A stretch of DNA of 64,000 nucleotides, from the NCBI GenBank assembly GCA_041393235.1, contig JAWKKO010000013.1:46850-110849 (forward strand). The letters are read 5' to 3'. Below, in pieces: positions 56,719 through 64,000 of the stretch. A model generated the notes under the pieces. The model made no database searches and was not told the origin of the DNA. It worked only from the letters and a program-made list of their open reading frames with translations. The first letter of the stretch is position 1. Each line of letters starts with the position of its first letter. Both the position numbers and the translations under genes were made by a program. The stretch comes from Bacteroidales bacterium. Lineage in GTDB: Bacteria; Bacteroidota; Bacteroidia; Bacteroidales; GCA-2748055.

Positions 56719-59226
56719 TCATTCCATCCCCTTGAAATCGAAACGGACCCTGGTCTGCAGTTCCTCGGTTTGCGAAAGCACCTTTTTGAAGGTGGACAGA
56801 TCGATGCGGGACAGGCTGTGGAGGTCCACCAGATTGTCCGGGGGTTCCTGGCGGACGATCTGACCGACCTGAACCCGGAGCCGGAGCCGGGTCAGAAAAT
56901 CGAGGGCCTGCCGGATGTCTTCGAGCAGGTCCGGATCGATCACCTTTCGTTCCGACAGGCCGAGGGCCCGATCCAGGCTGTTGGTCTCCGGAAGTTTTTC
57001 CCGGATGGCATAAAGCCGGAGAAAGGCGGTGATGGGGAACAGGCTTTTTTTGATGTCCACCTTCACGGCATCCGCATCCGTTTCATTTCCGACGATCTTC
57101 CCAAACAGGTTCAGGGGCGATTTGAATTTCATGACGGGTTGGGCCAGGTGATGGAAGAAGACGGATTGTCGGTCGGCCAGCCGGTGCACATGGTCCCGCA
57201 GTTCCCGGACCAGCGATTGGTCGCCATAGACGTGCCGGAAATCAAAGAAGATGCTGGCTTCCATGATGTGGTGGGGATTCCCGTCCAGGATCCAGCCCTT
57301 GAAATACTCTTTCCAAGTATCGAGGTTCTGGGTCCATTTGGGATTCCGTGCCATCACCTCCCCCTTGCAATACTGGTATCCGATCCGGTGGAGGTCGGCG
57401 TTGATCCGCCCGGCCAGGGCAAGAAAATAGCCCCGCGCTTGCTCTTCCTTTTCCTCTGTGAGATTTTCAAGGACCAGGGCGTTGTCCTGGTCTGTGGCCA
57501 GGGTCTGTTCCATCCGGCCTTCGCTGCCCATGACCACAAAGGCGAACCGGCAGGGGGGAGATCCCTCTGTTTCCAGGGCCAGGGCAATGACCCGCCGGTG
57601 GATGGCGTCATTCACCGAGGAGATGATGTGGGTGATGTTTTCGGTGTTGCTGCCGCTTTCGGTGAGCGCCCGCACCAGCACGGGCACACGGCTGTACAGG
57701 CGGGCCAGCTGTTCGGGTTGTTCTGCCGATGCAATCTCGTGCATTAGAAGGGCAATGGCGTTTTGCTGGAATCCCACCAGATCCCGCAGGACCAGGCACC
57801 CTGAAATCCGCCCGGCTCCGTCCTTCACCGCCAGGTGGGAAATGTTCTTTTCCTTCATCACCAGGAGGGCCTCGTACATGAGGGCGTCCTCCGCCAGGGC
57901 GATCACCGGGGCGGTCATGACCTCGATGACCGCACGGGACGAATCCAGGGAACCCGCCAGTACCCGGGTCCGCAGGTCGCTGTCGGTCACCAGGCCGATG
58001 GTGGTCCCTTCCTGGACGATGAACACCGCATCCGCCTTCTTGCGGGTCATCCGCCGGGCCGCTTCACCAATGGTTTCCTTTGAATCGCAGGTGGTGCAGG
58101 GTCGCACCAGGGTCCGCACGGGTTGGTGCATCAGATCCAGCGACGACTGCAGTTCGCTGGACAGGCTTTGGGCATCCTTGTCGAACCGTTGCTGGGGACT
58201 CAGCTCCTTGATGGCCACGATGGAACCCAGCTGTCCGGCATAGGTGACCTGCGAAACCGACAGAACGATCTCTTTGCGGGCACCGTCCTGGCAGATCAGG
58301 GTGCTTTCCCGGCTGTGGGTCTTGTTCGGGTCTTCGATGGATCCGGTCAGAGCCTCCCAACCGATCCCGAAGAGGGTGTCGAACCGGGCATTCTGCAGGT
58401 CCCCGGGTTCATAGCCGCTCAGGGCGCTGAATTTCAGGTTGGCGTAGATGATTTTCTCCTGAAGGATCATCAGCGTGCCTTCGGAAGAGGCATCTACCAG
58501 GGTCTTGTATTTTTGCCGCGAAAGCCTCAGTTTGTCCTCCGCCTCCCGTCGCCGCGTTTCGATGCGCAGGCTCTGCCGGATGACAAAGCCCAGAATGATG
58601 CTGATCACCACCGTGATGACCAGGGCCACCCGCAGCAACCGGGTTTTCATGGCCCGGATCTCCAGCCGCACATCCTCCAGGTAGATGCCCGTGCCGATGA
58701 CCCACCCCCAGGGGGCATACTCACGGACATAGGAGAGCTTGGGAACGATGCGGGTGGAGTCGTCCTTCCATTGCCAGAGGTAGTCGATGGTTCCCTGGCC
58801 GTCCCGCTTCACCACCTCCACGGCCTCCACGAACAAGCGCTTGCCACCCGGATCCGCATACTCCGTGAGGCTCTGCCCGATGAGATCGGGCCGGTAGGGG
58901 TGCATGACCATCACCGGCACCTCGTCCGTGATCCAGAAATAATCCTTGTATTCGTCCCCGTACCGGATTTTTTCGATCCGCCGGGCCGCCAGGTAACGGG
59001 CCGAATCCCCGGGCAGATTTCCCAGCAAGGCTTCCTGGTGGTACTCATCCACCAGGCTCCAGGCCGTGTTGGTGAGTTCGGACATCATTTCCTTCTTTGC
59101 CTCCATGCGGTTCGACTCGAAGGCGGGAAGGATGACCAGGAAAATGGAAAGCACATAGAGGGCGATGGCCAGAATCGACGGCAGCACGATGGAGATGAAA
59201 AACCGGTGCAGGTTCTTGTCGGGCAT
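56719..59226 (-). CDS. Multidomain signalling protein: TM-Cache-TM, PAS, CBS pair, DUF294 nucleotidyltransferase plus DUF294_C
   Basis: ORF 56719..59226, 835 aa. Cache-like ..YFWITDEVPVMVMHPYRPDLIGQSL..YLWQW..YAPWGWVIGTGIYLEDV. PAS-like ..GTLMILQEKIIYANLKFSALSGY. CBS ..IGLVTDSDLRTRV.. NTase ..VVMGSEGRMEQTLATDQDNALV. Confidence 0.8.
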   Translation of the reverse strand: MPDKNLHRFFISIVLPSILAIALYVLSIFLVILPAFESNRMEAKKEMMSELTNTAWSLVDEYHQEALLGNLPGDSARYLAARRIEKIRYGDEYKDYFWITDEVPVMVMHPYRPDLIGQSLTEYADPGGKRLFVEAVEVVKRDGQGTIDYLWQWKDDSTRIVPKLSYVREYAPWGWVIGTGIYLEDVRLEIRAMKTRLLRVALVITVVISIILGFVIRQSLRIETRRREAEDKLRLSRQKYKTLVDASSEGTLMILQEKIIYANLKFSALSGYEPGDLQNARFDTLFGIGWEALTGSIEDPNKTHSRESTLICQDGARKEIVLSVSQVTYAGQLGSIVAIKELSPQQRFDKDAQSLSSELQSSLDLMHQPVRTLVRPCTTCDSKETIGEAARRMTRKKADAVFIVQEGTTIGLVTDSDLRTRVLAGSLDSSRAVIEVMTAPVIALAEDALMYEALLVMKEKNISHLAVKDGAGRISGCLVLRDLVGFQQNAIALLMHEIASAEQPEQLARLYSRVPVLVRALTESGSNTENITHIISSVNDAIHRRVIALALETEGSPPCRFAFVVMGSEGRMEQTLATDQDNALVLENLTEEKEEQARGYFLALAGRINADLHRIGYQYCKGEVMARNPKWTQNLDTWKEYFKGWILDGNPHHIMEASIFFDFRHVYGDQSLVRELRDHVHRLADRQSVFFHHLAQPVMKFKSPLNLFGKIVGNETDADAVKVDIKKSLFPITAFLRLYAIREKLPETNSLDRALGLSERKVIDPDLLEDIRQALDFLTRLRLRVQVGQIVRQEPPDNLVDLHSLSRIDLSTFKKVLSQTEELQTRVRFDFKGME

Positions 59227-59232
59227 CAGGTC

Positions 59233-59979
59233 TCAGCATTTGACGGCGTCCAGGACATGGCGCTCCACATCAAAGATACAAAATCCGCTCCGTCGCTTGT
59301 TCCGGCTCACCGGATGAATTCCGACGCAGACCGGGAATTCTTTCAGGCGCACCTTCCCGTAGCCGGGGTGCTTGAACTGACGCGACGTCACCGTATAAAC
59401 GCCCCGGACATGGGCATGCCCCGTGAAGCTGATCTGGCAGTCCTTTTCCATCATGAAGCGAAAATGCCCGTGAAAGTCCTCCTCCTTCTGGTAAAAGCCC
59501 CGCTGGAATCCGGCCAGGTTGGGGAAAACATAGTGGCTGAGCAGCAAACGGACCGGTCCGGCGTCCAGGATCCGGTATTCGGTCAGACCGCGCAGAAAGT
59601 CCCGGTCGGTTCGTCCATAGAGGGGGTCCAGTTCGTCGCGCTCGTGGAGATAGATCCGGTCACCGGCCAGCTTCTCTTTTTCCCGGTAATCCATGTCGTA
59701 CCAATCGGCCGGAAAATCAAAGCCGGCAGAATGAACGGGAATCCGCCGGGCGGCATGGAAGTCGTGGTTGCCCGGAACGATCAGGGCCTCCTTTTCGCGA
59801 AGAAGGGCGAGGCAGCCCGGGGCGTTTCGGCTGTCCTGGTAAGTGTAATGTGGGATGCTGAATCCCGAAATGTCGCCCAGGCACACCAGCCGGTCATACC
59901 CTTTTCTCCCGGCCCGGGCCAGCACCTTCTCCAGCTGGGGAAGGTCTTCGTGGATGTCGGAGAGAAGGGCGATGCGCAT
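59233..59979 (-). CDS. Metallophosphoesterase (calcineurin-like)
   Basis: ORF 59233..59979. MRIALLSDIHED, LVCLGDISG and IVPGNHDFH are the motifs. The start codon shares one base with the porin stop. Confidence 0.85.
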   Translation of the reverse strand: MRIALLSDIHEDLPQLEKVLARAGRKGYDRLVCLGDISGFSIPHYTYQDSRNAPGCLALLREKEALIVPGNHDFHAARRIPVHSAGFDFPADWYDMDYREKEKLAGDRIYLHERDELDPLYGRTDRDFLRGLTEYRILDAGPVRLLLSHYVFPNLAGFQRGFYQKEEDFHGHFRFMMEKDCQISFTGHAHVRGVYTVTSRQFKHPGYGKVRLKEFPVCVGIHPVSRNKRRSGFCIFDVERHVLDAVKC

Positions 59980-61226
59980 CAGAAGAAATAATAGCTGGCA
60001 AACAGGACCCGCTGGTTGACCACCGTGTGCAGGTCGCCCGGGATCCCCATCGAATCGACGGTTCTTCCATAGGCTGCGCCCGTGGTTTCCAGTTCGAGGG
60101 CAAAGCGGACCTTTCCGCTGTTGAGGACCACCCGGGGCGAGATCCGGAAGAGGCTGGCGATGTTCGCTCCCCGGGCGTAGGTGGCGATGGTGCCCGGATC
60201 ATCCAGGGCTTCGGACGCCCCCAGGTTCTTGGCGTAGCCGGCGAAGACCCCCACCTGTACCTTGCTGCCGTTGGAATGGAGCTCGGTCCACACGTTCAGG
60301 GTGTTCAGGTTGGTGTAGTCCCGGTCGTCCCGGGCGGGGTCGGTGACCGAACGGATGGCGAATCCGCCCAAGGACAGGCCGTCGTACCCGTTCTGCAGGT
60401 AGGTGACCTGGGCTTTGAAGGTGAAGGCTTCCGGCGCAAGTTTCAGAAAGGCCTGGGCGGAAAAACCGCCGATGCCCGTGGTGGTGCGGTACAGGCTGTC
60501 GGTCACCAGCCTTGGCACAAGGGTTTTGTATCCCGCCGTGGCCCCGATCAGCACGCGGTCGGTGGCGTAGGCGATCTGGGCGTTCACATCGGGAAGGATC
60601 GCGTTCCGGAGCACCTGCGATCCCCCCGGACTGGCAAAATCGCGCTGTGCGGCTGCCATGAGACCCAGGCTGAGATTCCCGAAGGACTGGGTGAGGCGCA
60701 CCTGGGGGTTCCGGGAGAAGTACTGGAAGGGGACCCCGGTGTTGAACGACACGGTTCCCGGAAAGCAGCCGGTGACGAATTTCATGTGCCAGTACTGGCC
60801 CAGGAGCAGTTCCGTGTTCGTCCAGTTCAGTTTGACGTAGGCATGCCGGAGCCGGAACCCGTTGATGTCCGAATTCACCGTGCCGAAAAAGGCACCTTCG
60901 ATGACCCCCGAGGTTTTGGCGCCGAAGGCATCGGGCCCGGTGATCTTGCCGGTGAGCCGGGACTGGATCGACAGGATGTTGAAGTTGTCTTTGGCGTTGA
61001 TGTCGTTCCCCTGGGCATCGGAGAGGACATCGGCCGGGTACAGCAGGAAGTGCCCCTCCCGGGCGGTCACGGTCTGACGGGAATCGTAGAAGAAATCGGT
61101 TTTCACGAAGCCGCTGAGGCTGATCCCGGAGGCGGGGGCTTCCTCCTGGGCAAGGAGGGGGGCTGCGGAGAGGAACAGGCACAGGGCGGCCAGGGAAAGG
61201 CGGGTGTGTCGGATGCGGAATTTCAT
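59979..61226 (-). CDS. Outer-membrane porin-like beta-barrel
   Basis: ORF 59979..61226. It has a signal peptide MKFRIRHTRLSLAALCLFLSAAPLLAQ, alternating beta patterns, ..RLRHAYVKLNW.., and a C-terminal ..ASYYFF. Confidence 0.7.
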   Translation of the reverse strand: MKFRIRHTRLSLAALCLFLSAAPLLAQEEAPASGISLSGFVKTDFFYDSRQTVTAREGHFLLYPADVLSDAQGNDINAKDNFNILSIQSRLTGKITGPDAFGAKTSGVIEGAFFGTVNSDINGFRLRHAYVKLNWTNTELLLGQYWHMKFVTGCFPGTVSFNTGVPFQYFSRNPQVRLTQSFGNLSLGLMAAAQRDFASPGGSQVLRNAILPDVNAQIAYATDRVLIGATAGYKTLVPRLVTDSLYRTTTGIGGFSAQAFLKLAPEAFTFKAQVTYLQNGYDGLSLGGFAIRSVTDPARDDRDYTNLNTLNVWTELHSNGSKVQVGVFAGYAKNLGASEALDDPGTIATYARGANIASLFRISPRVVLNSGKVRFALELETTGAAYGRTVDSMGIPGDLHTVVNQRVLFASYYFF

Positions 61227-61292
61227 GAGTCGGGGATTCTTGGGTCGGGGTTGGTTTTGATTTGCCGGGAGTTCCCGGAAGTTTCCGGGGGT

Positions 61293-62051
61293 TTACCGGT
61301 CGGGTGGAAACAATGTTTGAATCAGGTTCCGTTTCTTCAACGGGCGGTTGAGCAGGATGTTGAGGTTGTTTTCCGCGGTCAGGTTCCGGTCCCAGAGGTC
61401 CATCGCCTGCTGGTAATACACGGCGGCGGAGTCGTATTTCAGCTGGTGCCGTTTGATGGTTCCCAGGTTCGTGTAGCTCACCGAAAGTCGCCTCGGGGTC
61501 TCTTCCTGAGCATCCAGGATTTCCTTCAACCGGTTGTCGAGATAGGCCTGCGACCCGACCCGGTCGTCGGTGGGAAGTCCGGGTACGAATTCGGTTTCCA
61601 GGAGGGTTCGGAGCTCCTCTTCGCCCTTGCCTGCAAACGCCTCCAGCCAGTGTTCGTACACCGCGATGCTCTGGCGGACAAAGCCCTCGCTTTTTGCAAG
61701 AAAAAGGGCCGTGTCCCCGATCAGGGCTTCGTTTCCCGGCTGAAGGTACACCGACAGGTACACCGCCGCCCGGTTGTTGTACAGAACGCCGATTTCGTAG
61801 CTGTCCCGGTAATGGTCGGTTCGGGCATACACCGACTCGATGGTGTCCATGAGCCACAGGACCGAATCGTATTGCTGGGATTGGGCAAAATCGTTGTATT
61901 TCTCATACAATTCCCGCGCGGCTCGCACCCGGGGGTCGGCGCTGCGGTTGACGCCCCGGTAGTACAGGGCCGCAACCGCGAGAGCGGCCACAGCCAGGAC
62001 ACTCATCACGAGGATGAGCGTCCTGGTTTTGTGCTGTGTGCCGGCAGGCAT
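61293..62051 (-). CDS. Membrane-anchored helical-repeat (TPR-like) hypothetical protein
   Basis: ORF 61293..62051. It has an N-terminal anchor LILVMSVLAVAALAVAALYY followed by helical repeats rich in Y/A/L (..YNNRAAVYLSVYL.., ..YTNLGTIKRHQLKYDSAAVYYQQAMDLW). Its start abuts the SSS stop. Confidence 0.5.
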   Translation of the reverse strand: MPAGTQHKTRTLILVMSVLAVAALAVAALYYRGVNRSADPRVRAARELYEKYNDFAQSQQYDSVLWLMDTIESVYARTDHYRDSYEIGVLYNNRAAVYLSVYLQPGNEALIGDTALFLAKSEGFVRQSIAVYEHWLEAFAGKGEEELRTLLETEFVPGLPTDDRVGSQAYLDNRLKEILDAQEETPRRLSVSYTNLGTIKRHQLKYDSAAVYYQQAMDLWDRNLTAENNLNILLNRPLKKRNLIQTLFPPDR

Positions 62052-63719
62052 TTAGGAATGAACGGTTTCGATCAGGAATTTCCGGATTTCCACAGGAGTT
62101 TCCTTGGTCAGTCGGGCCACGATGATGTGGACCAGGATGGAGATAGGCGCACCGAAGATGGCGAAATACCAGGCCTGGAGCCAGTAGCTGATGAAGTCGT
62201 GGAAGGGCAGTTGAATGCCTTCCTCGCCCGCGATGAAATAGGTGATGGCGATGAGCGACACCAGCCCACCGGCGATGAGACCGGCGACGGCGCCCTGGCG
62301 GTTCGATCCGCTCCACCAGATCCCCAGGAGGAAGAGGGGGAAGATGGTGCATCCGGCCAGGGAGAAGGCCACGGCCACGAGCTGTCCGATCAGGGCCCAG
62401 TTCTGGAGGGCCAGGAAGGTGACGATGATGGCCATGAGCACGGTTCCCAGACGGGCGGCCAGCAACTGGCTCTTGGGACGGGCCGAGGGATTGATCACCT
62501 TCACATAGAGGTCGTGGGCGAAGGCCGAGGAGCCGGCCACGAGCAGACCCGACACCGTGGAGAAGGCGGCGGATACCCCGCCTGCGGCGAGGAAGCCGAC
62601 GATCAGGGGATGAACGTTCCCCAGCTGGGCCGTGTAGACCACGATGGCGTCCTTGGCCAGTTTTCCCACCTCGGGATTGGCAGAAAGGATTTTCCCGAAG
62701 GCGGAGTAGGCCGGGGCGCTCCAGTAGAGGATGCAGATGAAGAACAAACCCCAGACCACCGACCAGCGGGCGTCGCTGGCTTTGGGAACCACGTAGAAAC
62801 GCTGGATCACGTGGGGCAGACCGGCCGTCCCGATCATCAGGGAGAAGGCAACGGCGATCCACTGGAAGAAGGTTTGTCCGGTGGCCGGATCCCAGGGCAT
62901 GGCGTATTCCGGCGTCGGCACGGCGGCAAAATCATGGCCCAGGGCATTCAACAGCTGGTTGCTGTCCGCCAGGGGGATGCCGCTGACCACGTCCGAAACC
63001 ACCGATCCGTATCCGATCTGGGGCAGGAGCCAGAAATAGTCAAACTTGGCCGTGAGGATGAAGAGGGGGATCAAAAAGGAAATGATGATGATCACATACT
63101 GAATCTGCATGTTCTTGGTCACCCCGAGCATCCCGGAGATCAGGGTGTAGGTGAGCACCACGCTGCCCCCGATGATCACGGAGAGGCCGTAGTCGAGACC
63201 TCAGGACCCATTTGAACATGAGCCCGATGCCGCCGAACTGACCCACGCAATAGGTGATGGAGATCAGGATGGCGATGATGGCGCCCACGGCCCGGAGGAC
63301 TGGGAATAGTAGCGGTCGCCGATGAAGTCGGCCGCCGTGTACTTGCCATATTTCCGGATCTGCCCGGCCATGAGGATCAGCAGCAACATACCCGCCGGTC
63401 CACCCGACCACATAGGAAAGTCCGTGGTACTCGAACTGTACATGAGAGCGGCCATCCCAAGGAAGGAGGCGGCGCTCATCCAGCTGGAGGCGATGGCCAT
63501 GCCGGAGCCCACCTTGAGATGCTGCGTCCGGCCGCATAAAAATCAGTGGTATCCTTTGCCCGGAAGAAGAATCCGATCATGACAAAGAGGATGAGAATGG
63601 TGATCAGGATGATCGCGGGTCCGGACTTTGAAGCTTCCTCCAGCTGGGTGGCCGCGGTAGCCGCCTGCAGCATCGTGGGGGACAGCAAAAGCAACAGGGG
63701 AGATATCTTTTTTTCTCAT
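62052..63719 (-). pseudogene. Sodium:solute symporter (SSS) family transporter; 5' third has at least six frame changes as sequenced
   Basis: The intact 375 C-terminal codons are ORF 62052..63179. N-terminal pieces lie in three frames: MRKK.. (ATG 63719, A7 run on the minus strand), ..DFYAAGRSIS (ORF 63476..63694), GSGMAIASSWMSAASFLGMAALMY and LLLILMAGQIRKYGKYTAADFIGDRYYS (ORF 63264..63512). GLSYVVGWTGGYV and RAVGAIIAILISITYCVGQFGGIGLMFKWVL are in ORF 63040..63537. Confidence 0.85.
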
Positions 63720-63738
63720 GGTTTTCCAGGTTTCCGGG

Positions 63739-64000
63739 TTAGTCAGCAATGTTGATTTTCTTGTTCAGCGCGTCGGTGCGGATGCAGTAGATCAGGCACA
63801 GGCCGATGAACAAAATGAGCAGAACACTGCTGTGTGGAAATAATGGAAGGGGAAACCCAGAAACGGGGTGTCGGTGAGAGACCGGACTGGTTGTGGATCA
63901 AAAACTTGCCCACTTGCTCAAAGGGGCAAAAGGACCCGGGTGTCTTCTCCCAGGTCGGCGATGCCTTCCGAACGGAGGGCGAAGGGCACGACGGTTTTGC
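63739..64000 (-). pseudogene. DUF4212-type small membrane protein (SSS accessory subunit), partial at the window edge and frameshifted as sequenced
   Basis: My translation of the minus strand gives ..TPFLGFPFHYFH in one frame and ..SSVLLILFIGLCLIYCIRTDALNKKINIAD-TAA (stop 63739-63741) in another. This matches the ..F.GFP.G.W.AQQGS...F..L...Y...MN.LD layout of DUF4212, and the position directly upstream of an SSS gene is typical. Confidence 0.55.

Noticed and set aside
60027-63215. A 1062-aa stop-free ORF on the plus strand spanning 3.2 kb.
   Set aside because: It runs antisense across three recognisable minus-strand genes (porin, TPR-like protein, SSS transporter) and their junctions. Its translation is the Gly/Val/Asp/Glu/Pro/His/Arg-rich low-information sequence typical of shadow frames opposite GC-rich codon-biased genes, and it has no recognisable motifs.

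Overview
This 64-kb chromosomal window is densely coding on both strands, with about 55 protein genes, roughly a dozen of them interrupted as sequenced. It looks like a high-GC member of Bacteroidota. The basis is PorP/SprF plus a type-B T9SS sorting-domain gene, a DUF2723 protein, a stand-alone atpD-atpC unit, and several TAnnTTTG-type -7 boxes 20-50 nt upstream of start codons. Hand-counted stretches are about 60-65% G+C; nothing was computed window-wide. Content is mainly housekeeping, envelope and glycan metabolism: a SUI1-like factor, a 957-aa HExxH plus TolB-propeller protein, a TonB-like protein, a GT9 heptosyltransferase, atpDC, gamma-glutamyltransferase and an SLC13 transporter. It also holds an AsmA-like protein overlapping a SNF2 helicase, ArfB, two Rrf2 regulators, a GT2, a CBM9/DUF5916 barrel, a T9SS cargo module, GH20/GH2/GH16/DUF2961 hydrolases, lipoyl synthase, a hybrid histidine kinase plus receiver, a desaturase and an S41 peptidase. 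I recognised no rRNA, tRNA, CRISPR array, transposase, integrase, phage or classical defence genes. Five things are most worth a second look. (1) Two sharply bounded blocks (about 7.44-11.34 kb and 63.18-64.0 kb) have every gene riddled with indels while flanking multi-kb ORFs are perfect. This is most likely uncorrected consensus and must be resolved before any pseudogene biology is claimed. (2) A membrane-anchored NapC/NirT-type tetrahaem cytochrome is fused to an FGE-sulfatase (SUMF1-like) domain. It sits beside a Tat-signal Gfo/Idh/MocA oxidoreductase and a Tat-signal xylose-isomerase-like TIM-barrel protein, a candidate periplasmic oxidative sugar/glycoside module wired to the respiratory chain. 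(3) A six-gene operon encodes DUF4212, an SSS transporter, a TPR-like protein, a porin, a metallophosphoesterase and a Cache/PAS/CBS/DUF294 nucleotidyltransferase. (4) An Rrf2-headed five-gene operon (PepSY-TM, cupin, DUF438, DUF1858) is preceded by a perfect 14+14 bp AT-rich palindrome. (5) A lower-GC orphan gene lies beside the two-component pair. None of these can be shown to be novel from sequence alone.
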